From an uncultured Gemmatimonadota bacterium (GTDB lineage: Bacteria; JAAXHH01), in the NCBI GenBank assembly GCA_951812955.1, contig OX638340.1, positions 704,001 through 768,000 of the forward strand: 64,000 nucleotides of DNA, written 5' to 3'. Shown piece after piece: positions 19,155 through 28,124 of this stretch; the stretch's first letter is position 1, and each line of letters opens with the position of its first letter. A program made the translations under genes and the position numbers. The notes beneath the pieces are model-generated. The model did no database searches. It was not told where the DNA came from and was given only the letters and a program-made list of their open reading frames with translations.

Positions 19155-20174
19155 ATGCCTATCGCCACGAGACAACTGGGAACAACGAACGCCCACGTGA
19201 CCGAACTGGGTTTCGGATCCGCGCCGCTTGGTGACCTGTTCCAGCCCGTCACGGACGCCAAATCCCGCGCCACGCTGCGGGCGGCCTGGAGGGCAGGTAT
19301 ACGCTACTACGACACTTCACCATGGTACGGCTACGGGAAGAGCGAACTGCGACTGGGCGAGTTTCTGCGTCAGAAAAGCCACGGTTCCTACGTGGTGTCC
19401 ACCAAGGTCGGCCGCGTGTTCAAGGCAACCAGGGACCTCAAGAATTTCGACTACGGCTTCTGGTGCGGTGGCCTGCCCTTCGATCACGTCTACGATTACA
19501 GCTACGACGGCCTCATGCGGTCCTACGAAGACAGCCTCATCCGCTTCGGAGTCCACCGGGTCGATCTTCTGTTGATCCACGACCTGGATCCCTTCTATCA
19601 CAACGAGGCCCAGATCCAGGCTTATCTTCATCAACTGTTCACCAGCGGCTGGCGCGCGCTGGCGGAGCTCAAGGCCTCGGGCGATATCAAGGGCGTGGGC
19701 GCGGGACTCAACAAGACCGGCATGATGCTGCGCTTCCTGGAGCTGATGCCCCTGGACTTCTTCATCGTGGCGATGCCTTACACCCTGCTGGACCAGGAGG
19801 CCCTCGACCGGGAGCTTCCCCGGTGCGTGGAAGACGGGATCGGCATCGTGATCGGCGCCGTCTTCGCTTCCGGAATCCTGGTCACCGGTCCCACGGAAAA
19901 CTCGACCTATGGTTACATGCCCGCGACGCCGGAGATCATGGAGAAGACACGGCGCATCCAGGCGGTCTGCGAACGGTACGGCGTGCCGCTGGCCGCTGCC
20001 GCCTTGCAGTTCCCGCTGTTTCACCCGGCGGTCGCGTCCGTCATCCCCGGTGCGATCAGGCCGGAATACGTCGAATCGAACCTGTCAAACTACCAGCACG
20101 AGATTCCCGTGGATCTGTGGGCCGAATTGAAATCGGACGGGTTGATACGTGAAGACGCTCCGACTCCCGGGTAA
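19155..20174 (+). CDS. Aldo/keto reductase
   Basis: LGFGSAPLG, YYDTSPWYGYGKSE, and an AKR TIM-barrel pattern. AAAGGAAG RBS. Confidence 0.85.
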   Translation: MPIATRQLGTTNAHVTELGFGSAPLGDLFQPVTDAKSRATLRAAWRAGIRYYDTSPWYGYGKSELRLGEFLRQKSHGSYVVSTKVGRVFKATRDLKNFDYGFWCGGLPFDHVYDYSYDGLMRSYEDSLIRFGVHRVDLLLIHDLDPFYHNEAQIQAYLHQLFTSGWRALAELKASGDIKGVGAGLNKTGMMLRFLELMPLDFFIVAMPYTLLDQEALDRELPRCVEDGIGIVIGAVFASGILVTGPTENSTYGYMPATPEIMEKTRRIQAVCERYGVPLAAAALQFPLFHPAVASVIPGAIRPEYVESNLSNYQHEIPVDLWAELKSDGLIREDAPTPG

Positions 20175-20180
20175 CCGTTG

Positions 20181-20921
20181 ATGGAATTCGAACTCTGGCA
20201 ACTGTTCCTGCTCGCCGGCGTGGGTGTTCTTTCAGGCTTCCTGAACGTCATGGCCGGCGGCGGATCTCTGCTGGCCCTCCCCGTCCTCATCTTCATGGGG
20301 CTCCCCGGCAACGTGGCCAACGGCACCAACCGCGTGGCCATCGTCGCCCAGAACGTTTCCGCCTTCACCAGTTTCTTCAGGAAGGGGTATTCGGAGTTAC
20401 GCACGATGCTGACCCTTGCGCTTTGCGCGGTGCCGGGGGCGGCGATGGGGGCGTACCTGGGTACCCAGGTCAGTGGCGAACTGTTCAATCGGATCCTCGG
20501 CGGCCTGATGATCGTGCTGCTGATCCTGATGAGCAGGAAACAGCGTGACGTGGCAGTAGTCGAAAATCCCCGGAGACTGGTGCTGGGACACTTCCTCATG
20601 GTCGCGGTGGGGTTCTACGGCGGATTCATCCAGGCCGGAGTCGGGTTTATACTCATGGCGGTGCTTTACCGTGTCGTCGGACTTGACCTCGTCCGGGTCA
20701 ATGCCTACAAGGTATTCATCATAGGCATATATACCCTGGTGGCGCTGGCCATATTCGCGGACAAGGGACAGGTGCTCTGGCTTGCCGGGGCCAGTCTGGC
20801 CGTTGGCACCACGATCGGTGGATGGATCGGCGCACATTTCACCGTCAAACGGGGCGAGAAACTGATCCGCGTCATCCTAAACGTGGTGCTGGTCGTCATG
20901 GCCGTAAGACTGCTGTTCTAA
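20181..20921 (+). CDS. TauE/SafE (DUF81) family sulfite/anion exporter
   Basis: GVLSGFLNVMAGGGSLLALPVLIFMG and an internal duplicated 4-TM half. ATG 20181; TTG at 20178 is also possible. Confidence 0.8.
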   Translation: MEFELWQLFLLAGVGVLSGFLNVMAGGGSLLALPVLIFMGLPGNVANGTNRVAIVAQNVSAFTSFFRKGYSELRTMLTLALCAVPGAAMGAYLGTQVSGELFNRILGGLMIVLLILMSRKQRDVAVVENPRRLVLGHFLMVAVGFYGGFIQAGVGFILMAVLYRVVGLDLVRVNAYKVFIIGIYTLVALAIFADKGQVLWLAGASLAVGTTIGGWIGAHFTVKRGEKLIRVILNVVLVVMAVRLLF

Positions 20922-20943
20922 ACCCGGATAACCGGAGGTCGGC

Positions 20944-22356
20944 ATGGCTGATAAGGCAGGCGGGTCCAGGCCGAATGTCGTACTTTGTATTTGCGACCAG
21001 CTACGCGCTTTCGAACTGGGATGCTACGGGAACGAGGTCGTCCGGACACCCCACCTGGACCGATTGGCGACGGAAGGCGTCCGTTTCGAAACGGCGGTTA
21101 GCAACAACCCCGTCTGCATGCCCGCGAGATCCTGTCTCATGACCGGCCAGTACAGCCGGACCTGCATGGGCATGCTGGGCAACTACGCGGAGCCGAACGA
21201 GGATGGATCGACGACGATGCCGGAGTATCCCGCGGCGGGCCGTCCCCACCTGCCCGCGCCTACGCTGCCCGAAATGTTTAAAAGCCTTGGTTACGATACG
21301 GCGCTGATCGGTAAATGGCATATCCACACCGCGCCTGGTTCATCCGGATTCGACTACAGCCTCTATCCGCGGGTGCACCACCGTCACAGTGGACAGTCTT
21401 TCGTGGAGAACAACGGAGAGGAATTCCAGTTAGACGGGTTCAGCGTCGGATTCGAGTCGGACCAGGTCGGGGGCTACCTGCGAGACCGGGAAAACATAGA
21501 TAAGCCCTTTTTCCTCTACTACAGCATTTCTCCACCCCACATGCCTCTGATGGATGCGCCCGAAACATACCTGGAAATGTACGATCCCAATGATATCCCC
21601 TTGCGGCCCAATGTCTTCCGGGACGGCGAACTTCCATACGACGAGCACTGGTTCAGGGTCTATCTGTGGGACTTTCTCTTCTACGATAAAAACCTGCCGT
21701 TTACACGCGCGCTGCCCTCCGGATTCGATCTGCGTCGTCTGATCGCACTCTATTACGGCATGACGTCCTGGGTCGACGACATGGTCGGACGCCTCATGCG
21801 TTTTCTCAGGGCATACCGCCACGCGGAAAACACCATCGTCGTTTTCCTCTCCGACCACGGCGACAACCTCGGTAGCCACCATTTGTTCAACAAGGGCCGC
21901 GTGATCGAAGAATCCATCCGCATCCCACTGGTCTTTCACGCGCCGAACCGTTTGCAACCCCTGGTCAACACGACCTCGACGGCCCAGATCATCGACGTCA
22001 TGCCCACCCTCCTATCCCTTTGCGGCGGTTCCACTCCAGCCCACGTCCAGGGGAGAAACCTGGCCGGAACGATTTCGACTGGAGAAGCCCAGGGAGAAGA
22101 TGGCGCATTCATAGAGACGGGTAGAGGGGAAATCGGACTGCGGACGACGACCCACACGTACGGGATTCGTATCGATACGAAGACTGGCCGCGTACTGGAC
22201 GACCGGGCGGGTTTTTACGATTTGCGGACTGACCCTTACCAGTTGACCGACCTGCGGAACCCGGCCCTCGAGGACAATCTGGCAGCCGGCCTACGGGACC
22301 GGGTACTCTCCTGGCACTACGAAACGCCCTGGATGCACAGCGGTTCATTGGTCTGA
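20944..22356 (+). CDS. Sulfatase (formylglycine-dependent), apparently without a signal peptide
   Basis: CxPxR motif (PVCMPARSCLMTGQY) and NVVLCICDQLR N-terminus. GGAGG RBS. Confidence 0.85.
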   Translation: MADKAGGSRPNVVLCICDQLRAFELGCYGNEVVRTPHLDRLATEGVRFETAVSNNPVCMPARSCLMTGQYSRTCMGMLGNYAEPNEDGSTTMPEYPAAGRPHLPAPTLPEMFKSLGYDTALIGKWHIHTAPGSSGFDYSLYPRVHHRHSGQSFVENNGEEFQLDGFSVGFESDQVGGYLRDRENIDKPFFLYYSISPPHMPLMDAPETYLEMYDPNDIPLRPNVFRDGELPYDEHWFRVYLWDFLFYDKNLPFTRALPSGFDLRRLIALYYGMTSWVDDMVGRLMRFLRAYRHAENTIVVFLSDHGDNLGSHHLFNKGRVIEESIRIPLVFHAPNRLQPLVNTTSTAQIIDVMPTLLSLCGGSTPAHVQGRNLAGTISTGEAQGEDGAFIETGRGEIGLRTTTHTYGIRIDTKTGRVLDDRAGFYDLRTDPYQLTDLRNPALEDNLAAGLRDRVLSWHYETPWMHSGSLV

Positions 22357-22378
22357 CTCGAAACAACCGGAAATACCC

Positions 22379-23584
22379 ATGACCGAGACGAGCCGGATTG
22401 GCAATAACCGACTGATTGCGTTGCTGTTCGGCATCATGTTCGTAGCCGTTGCGGACAACCAGATGATCTCCCCGCTCCTGCCCGACCTGATGTCCGCTTT
22501 CGGCATGGACGCGGGACAGGCCGGATTGCTGGTCTCGGTCTATGCGATCGCGGCTGCGGCCGTCTCCTTCGGCCTCGGTCCCCTGTCGGACAGCTGGGGC
22601 CGAAGGAAGATGTTATTCGCCGGGCTGATCGTGTTCACCACGGCGACCCTGATGTGCGGCCTGGCATGGGACTATGCTTCGATGGTAGCCTTCCGAGCCG
22701 TCACGGGTGCGGCCGCGGGGACCCTCTCACTGAACGTAACCGCGAGCATCGGGGACCACTTTCCCTATAAGCGTCGAGGCGCCGCCATGGGCATGGTAAT
22801 GTCGGGGTACTTCACGGCCATGATCCTGGGCGTGCCGGCGGGGGCCTTTATCGCGGAAGCCTGGTCCTGGCGGTGGGCCTTTTGCGCATTTGCGGGTGCC
22901 GGGCTCTTATTATGGTTGCCGGCGCTGGCCGTTTTACCCTCAAGGGCTCAGGTTGTACGCGGTGCCAACATAATCGACCTGGTGAAGCGTTATCGTAGAT
23001 TCCTCGTTCGCACCGGACCCCTGTCGGTCGTTGCGGCGTCGTTTCTCGTATCGGCATCCACGGTCGGTTTCATTACCTTCGTAGGGACCTGGCTGCGGGA
23101 CATTTACGGACTTTCGACCGACTGGATCGGCATGATATTTCTCTTCGCCGGTCTGGGCGCGCTATTGGGCAGTCCATTGGCCGGGCATCTCTCGGACCGG
23201 GTGGGAAAGAAGAGGATTGTCGTGGGCAGCGGGCTGGCGATGGCCGTCCTGCTGGCCGGTATACCGTGGATTACCGATCTGTTGCCGGTGGTATTCGCCG
23301 GGTTCATATTGACCGGCATCGCAGGGGCGTTTCGCCACGCGCCGCTGCAGGCACTGGTCACGGCCATGGCGACGGACGAGGAACGCGGCACCTTGATTGC
23401 GCTTAAGAACACCGTGGCGGAAATCGGCATCGCGACCGGAACGGCGCTGTGCGGCGTGCTTTACGTCGCCTTCGGATACGGCTCCGTCGGCGCGGCCTGC
23501 GGCGTCATGGCCGCTGCCGCGTCCCTCATCATCCTGCGCTGGGTGAGCGAACCGGGCGCTCCGGACGAAACGGGACCGGGTTAG
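22379..23584 (+). CDS. MFS transporter
   Basis: 12-TM MFS pattern with a GPLSDSWGRRKM loop motif. Confidence 0.8.
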   Translation: MTETSRIGNNRLIALLFGIMFVAVADNQMISPLLPDLMSAFGMDAGQAGLLVSVYAIAAAAVSFGLGPLSDSWGRRKMLFAGLIVFTTATLMCGLAWDYASMVAFRAVTGAAAGTLSLNVTASIGDHFPYKRRGAAMGMVMSGYFTAMILGVPAGAFIAEAWSWRWAFCAFAGAGLLLWLPALAVLPSRAQVVRGANIIDLVKRYRRFLVRTGPLSVVAASFLVSASTVGFITFVGTWLRDIYGLSTDWIGMIFLFAGLGALLGSPLAGHLSDRVGKKRIVVGSGLAMAVLLAGIPWITDLLPVVFAGFILTGIAGAFRHAPLQALVTAMATDEERGTLIALKNTVAEIGIATGTALCGVLYVAFGYGSVGAACGVMAAAASLIILRWVSEPGAPDETGPG

Positions 23585-23594
23585 ACTCGATGGA

Positions 23595-24323
23595 TCAGGA
23601 TTCGTCGTAGGCGGTCAGGCGCCTGATCCAGATGTTGCGGTACCTGACGGGATTGCCGTGATCCTGCAGCTGCACGGGGCCCGTCACGGCGTGGGGCGAG
23701 TCGTAGTTCGCCAGGTTCCTGTGCCCGGTGGGTCCAACGGCCTTCTGCCTGTGGTGCGCCACGATGCCGTTGTGCAGCACCGTCAGGTGTGTGCCTTTGA
23801 CCAGCCTGTCGCCGTCCCACGACGGCGCTTCGAAGACGATGTCGTAGCTTTGCCATTGCCCGGGTCCCCGGCTCGCGTTGATCAGGGGAGGGTACTGGCC
23901 GTAAATCGACGAGGCGGACCCGTCGGCATATGTCCGGTTGTTGAAACTGTCCAGCACCTGGATTTCATACAGTCCCAGCAGAAATACGCCGCTGTTTCCC
24001 CGGCCCTGGCTGTCTCCCGCGACTTCCTCGGGTGTAGCCCATTCCAGATGCAACTGGCAGTCGCCGAAGTGTGCTCGGGTCGAGATATCTCCCGTGCCGT
24101 TGACCTCCATATAGCCGTTTTCCACCTTCCAGGCGGCGGCGCCATCCCGGCCGGTCCACTGGTCGAGGTCCGATCCGTCGAATAACACGACCGCGTCCGA
24201 GGGCGGGCCACCTGCATCGCCGCCCGGGGTGACGACCCGGGGCTGCGGCCGGTCGCCATCGTGAACGCGCCAGGTGCCGCCCGGAATTACGGGAGTATCG
24301 CTGTAACCTACGGAATCCGCCAT
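23595..24323 (-). CDS. DUF1080 (3-keto-disaccharide hydrolase / GH16-lectin-like) domain protein
   Basis: WKVENGYMEV...GNSGVFLLGLYEIQVLDS...LTVLHNG...NIWIRRL pattern. AGGAG RBS. Confidence 0.75.
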   Translation of the reverse strand: MADSVGYSDTPVIPGGTWRVHDGDRPQPRVVTPGGDAGGPPSDAVVLFDGSDLDQWTGRDGAAAWKVENGYMEVNGTGDISTRAHFGDCQLHLEWATPEEVAGDSQGRGNSGVFLLGLYEIQVLDSFNNRTYADGSASSIYGQYPPLINASRGPGQWQSYDIVFEAPSWDGDRLVKGTHLTVLHNGIVAHHRQKAVGPTGHRNLANYDSPHAVTGPVQLQDHGNPVRYRNIWIRRLTAYDES

Positions 24324-24335
24324 GTATATCGACTC

Positions 24336-25451
24336 CTATAAGCAAACTTCGTGAATCATGCGTGAGTAGATGTCCACTGCTTCGTAAAGCTGCGGAATTT
24401 CCACGTATTCGCCCACCGTGTGGGCACGTTCGATGCTGCCTGGGCCCAGGACTACCATATCCAGCTGCTCTCTGAAATGGGGAGCGTCCGTCCCGTAGGG
24501 CACGGTTTCCGGCCGCTTACCGCCTGTGACTTCGGACGCCAGTTGCACGATGGGACTCGAAGGATCGGCGTAGAAGGGACGGGAAAGGGTGCTCGAAACC
24601 TCGAACCCGTAACTTTCGGCCCGAGAAACCAGTTCTTTCACCAGTACCTCGCTGTGATCGTCCGGCATCGTGCGGAAACAGACGTGACAGGTCGATCGCG
24701 CGGCGGAGACATTCTGCTTCGTGTCGTAGTCGGTGATTACCATGTTGAACCCGTTCGAAGGCGGATTGAACTCCGTGTTCCGGAACCGTTCATCCTCTTT
24801 TATCTGCTCCGACAGTTTGGCCATTTCGGCAAGGAAAGGGGCAATCTTGAAATTGGCGGATTCCCCGAGACCTGTGCTGGTGTGGGCCGCCCGGCCGTGG
24901 GCCGTCACCACGACGTGCGCCGCACCCTTGTGGGCGTACACCGGCGTCAGGCTTGTCGGTTCGGCCACCACGCCGAAGTCCGGTCGAAGGGTGCTCATGA
25001 TACCGGATTCCGTGGCTACCTGGTGCGCTCCGCCGCCACCCACCTCCTCATCGGCCGTCGCCACCACGATCAGCGGCTTCTTCAGACGGTCCGCATCCAC
25101 CTTTGCGGCGGCGATCATGGTGCATGCCAGGGGACCCTTCATGTCGCAGCTGCCCCGGCCCAGCAGCCGGTCGCCGTCGACCACGCCGTGATAGGCATCC
25201 CAGTCCTGTTCCTGCCCCGGGACGGTGTCCGTGTGGGACAGGAAGGCCAGTCCGCCTTCGCCTTCACCTTTGCGTCCGACGAGACTGACTTTCAGTTCGC
25301 CGTTTTCATCTTCGTAGGACAACCGTTCCACTTCAAGCCCGCATGCCTTCATCCGGTCTTCGACCAAATCGGATATGGCGGCGTTGCTCCACCGGCTGAC
25401 GGACTTCACATCCACGAACTCCTTCGTCATTTCAACTGGATCCAGACCCAC
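24336..25451 (-). CDS. M20 family metallopeptidase (ArgE/DapE/acetylornithine deacetylase-like)
   Basis: HTDTVP, GRGSCDMKG and ATADEEVGG motifs. GTG start preceded by GAGAGGGGGA. Confidence 0.8.
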   Translation of the reverse strand: MGLDPVEMTKEFVDVKSVSRWSNAAISDLVEDRMKACGLEVERLSYEDENGELKVSLVGRKGEGEGGLAFLSHTDTVPGQEQDWDAYHGVVDGDRLLGRGSCDMKGPLACTMIAAAKVDADRLKKPLIVVATADEEVGGGGAHQVATESGIMSTLRPDFGVVAEPTSLTPVYAHKGAAHVVVTAHGRAAHTSTGLGESANFKIAPFLAEMAKLSEQIKEDERFRNTEFNPPSNGFNMVITDYDTKQNVSAARSTCHVCFRTMPDDHSEVLVKELVSRAESYGFEVSSTLSRPFYADPSSPIVQLASEVTGGKRPETVPYGTDAPHFREQLDMVVLGPGSIERAHTVGEYVEIPQLYEAVDIYSRMIHEVCL

Positions 25452-25499
25452 GGAATCCCCCTCTCAAGATCGTCGTTATCGCACCCGTAATGGTGCTGT

Positions 25500-26489
25500 T
25501 CAGTCCGTCAGCCAGCTCGACATTTCGTCCCGCAATTCCGAGTCCGTCCTCAGGGCGAGGGCTTCGAATGCGTTATCGAGGTGGCCGGTATGCCGGGCGC
25601 CGACGATGACCGACGTGACATCCGGATGCCCCATTGTCCAGGCCATGGCCAGGCGCACCATGGGGAGTCCCCTGGAGTCCGAGAGGGCGCGCAGCCTCTC
25701 CACGTTTCGGAAATTCCGGTCGTTGAAGTAGATGTCCGCGTGACCGGGTATAACGTCGAATCGCGAGCCCCTGGGAAAGTCGTTCCGATCCGGCGTGTAT
25801 TTGCCCGTAAGGAAACCGGCGGCGAGCGGACTGTAGGACGTAACACCTACTTCCTCGCGCCGGCACAGGGGGAAGAGTTCGTCCTGCGCGCCGGGATCGG
25901 CCAGGTTGTAGGGAGGCTGGATCACCTCGAAACGGGCATAACCATGCCGCGCGGAGGCATCCAGGGCTTCCTGGAGTTGTGAAGCATTGAAATTGCTGCA
26001 CCCCACGGTTTTGATTCTGCCGGCTGTCACCGCCTGGTCCAGCACGGCCAGGCTTTCATCGATGGGAACGGATTCGTCGGGGGAATGCAGTTCGTAGATG
26101 TCAATGCAGTCCACCTGCAGCCGGTCGAGACTGACCTGAAGCGCCCGGGCTATGTTCTCCGGCTTGTTTCCGCTGCTCACCTTGGAACAGATCACCACTT
26201 CGTCCCTGCAACCCCGCTCCTTCATCCAATTACCAATGATGATTTCGGAAGAACCCATGACGTCCGAGGTCTCACGCACGTCATCGACCTTCAACACGTC
26301 ACGCCGGTATGTACGGGCGTTGCCGCCCCCGTACGCCTCCGCCGTGTCGAGCCAGTCGAGGCCGTTTTCGACGGCATAATCCAGAATGGCTACCGAATTC
26401 TCCTCGTCTATCTCACGGCCAAAGGTCACGCAACCCAGGCCGATGAAGCTGATCGACATATCGGTACGGCCGAGTTTTCGGTGTTCCAT
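25500..26489 (-). CDS. Aldo/keto reductase
   Basis: MEHRKLGRTDMSISFIGLGCVTFG and an AKR pattern. ATG 26489 preceded by GGGGAG; the ORF extension to 26537 is rejected. Confidence 0.85.
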   Translation of the reverse strand: MEHRKLGRTDMSISFIGLGCVTFGREIDEENSVAILDYAVENGLDWLDTAEAYGGGNARTYRRDVLKVDDVRETSDVMGSSEIIIGNWMKERGCRDEVVICSKVSSGNKPENIARALQVSLDRLQVDCIDIYELHSPDESVPIDESLAVLDQAVTAGRIKTVGCSNFNASQLQEALDASARHGYARFEVIQPPYNLADPGAQDELFPLCRREEVGVTSYSPLAAGFLTGKYTPDRNDFPRGSRFDVIPGHADIYFNDRNFRNVERLRALSDSRGLPMVRLAMAWTMGHPDVTSVIVGARHTGHLDNAFEALALRTDSELRDEMSSWLTD

Positions 26490-26641
26490 GCACACTCCCC
26501 GGTTGTATCCAACGGATACGATGGACGTCCTTGGCAAATCGCATCATGCAGCCGGACCGGCTGTGGTGTAAATGTACATCCGGCAGGATCAGGTGGGCAA
26601 GAGATGTTTGTCGTGGAAACCGGTAGGAAAGGGAGACTGAA

Positions 26642-26790
26642 GGCCGGCGGCCCGGACAGTCAGGCCCAAACGGCTGCGAATGACGATCCAGGTGGTCCGG
26701 GCTGTCAGGCCCAAACGGCTGCGAATGACGATCCAGGTGGTCCGGGCTGTCAGGCCCAAACGGCTGCGGCTGGCGATCCAGGCGGTTTTA
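26642..26790. repeat. Tandem array of about 3.3 copies of a 45-bp unit (GTCAGGCCCAAACGGCTGCGAATGACGATCCAGGTGGTCCGGGCT)
   Basis: Two perfect copies plus one diverged copy and a partial copy, read from the sequence. They lie between the 3' end of the HtrA-like gene (26814) and the 5' end of the AKR gene (26489), both on the minus strand. Confidence 0.85.
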
Positions 26791-26813
26791 GACAGTCCAG
26801 GCAGTCCAGCAGA

Positions 26814-28118
26814 TTAGAATCCATTATCCCCGGGCAGGACCGCCGACCGCTGACCGATACGCCGCATGCGTTCATCCAGCAGCCTTTTGAGCTGATTCAA
26901 CTTGAGCCGGTGGGCCGCAAGTTCCATTTCGTGTTCCAGGATCATTTGCTGGATTAGATTGGGATCTTCACTGGGCAGGGGATCGTCCGCATCATCTTCG
27001 ACGAGTAAAGGCGAGGCGGGGGCATTCAGCAGTTTCGGCTGAGGCGCGAGAACCGTGTTCACCGTCTTTTCCGTATCTCCCCGCAGGTACGTGATTTCGA
27101 TCCGGGTGCCCACCGGTAGCGCGGTCACGAATTCTGCAAGGACAATGGGATGGTTCATCGGGACACCGTTTACAGCCTGCAGAATATCGCCCTTGCGCAG
27201 ACCGATCTTCATGGCCGGGCTATCGGGATATACATCAGAAACGACCATACCTTCTCCGGCGCCCAGCATGATATTGCGGTCGCCGCCGACATTGATGCTG
27301 TCCCAGATTTTCTCCACGTACACACCCAGCCAGCTCCGGCGGATCTCACCGTATTCGATGAGCTGTCTGGCGAAGGTCTTTACGCGGTTGATGGGAATGA
27401 CCGAAATCAATCCTCCGTCATTTCCTCCACTAAAGTGCTCCGACAGGGAGGTCTGTGCCCCCTGGGAATCGGCCACGAGACCGAGCAGGCGACCGTTCGT
27501 TGAAAACACGGCGCCGCCGGTGTAACCTCCGCCGACCACTGCGCTGACCTGCAACATGACATCTTCTTCCCTTACCCCGTTCACGATTCCCGTCGTCATC
27601 GAGGATGGAAATCCATGGGCGTTATTCAGCACAAGAACCCAGGATCCGGGACGGACGCCATCGGAATCACCGATGCGCGCGGTATGGACCGACACGCTGT
27701 CAACACGGATCACGGCGATATCGGAAAGCCTGTCCACCCCGACGAGTTCGCCGAGGCGGTACTGGCCATCCTGGAAATTCACCAGGATATCGTGGGCATG
27801 ATCCACGACGCCGGCCGTCGTGATGATGAAACCGTCTCTGTGGAGGACAACACCGGTCCCAATGGATCGTTCCCAGTCGGTGAAAGTCTGCCCGTTCACC
27901 GTATTGATGAATTTCCGCTGTACGATCACGCTGGCGATCGTCGGTTCCACGCGTTCAACGAGTCCGACGATCTCTTGTTCCAGGTTATGCAGGTACGGGG
28001 GGGCCTGCGCGTAAGCCCTGGAAGCGGCATAAAGGTGCCCCATACAGCACAGCAGCGCGGCACATATCAGGGGCCGAAAGTGTTCGGTTCCGAGTCGTAT
28101 GGGTTGAGAACCAAGCAT
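26814..28118 (-). CDS. HtrA/DegP-like S1C protease homolog with one PDZ domain; predicted nucleophile position is Thr (GYTGG) rather than Ser
   Basis: Signal peptide (AYA/QA), His (AGVVDHA), Asp (SDIAVIRVD), GGGYTGGAVF aligning to GNSGGPL, a PDZ domain (SWLGVYV...GDILQAVNG), and a C-terminal coiled-coil tail. It is the last gene of the ECF sigma / anti-sigma operon. Confidence 0.8.
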   Translation of the reverse strand: MLGSQPIRLGTEHFRPLICAALLCCMGHLYAASRAYAQAPPYLHNLEQEIVGLVERVEPTIASVIVQRKFINTVNGQTFTDWERSIGTGVVLHRDGFIITTAGVVDHAHDILVNFQDGQYRLGELVGVDRLSDIAVIRVDSVSVHTARIGDSDGVRPGSWVLVLNNAHGFPSSMTTGIVNGVREEDVMLQVSAVVGGGYTGGAVFSTNGRLLGLVADSQGAQTSLSEHFSGGNDGGLISVIPINRVKTFARQLIEYGEIRRSWLGVYVEKIWDSINVGGDRNIMLGAGEGMVVSDVYPDSPAMKIGLRKGDILQAVNGVPMNHPIVLAEFVTALPVGTRIEITYLRGDTEKTVNTVLAPQPKLLNAPASPLLVEDDADDPLPSEDPNLIQQMILEHEMELAAHRLKLNQLKRLLDERMRRIGQRSAVLPGDNGF

Positions 28119-28124
28119 GGTTGG

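Noticed and set aside
26642-26790. Tandem 45-bp repeats as a possible CRISPR array or coding repeat
   Set aside because: There are no spacers between the units. The only ORF covering it (26085..26957, plus strand) is antisense to the well-supported aldo/keto reductase gene and produces a low-complexity peptide.
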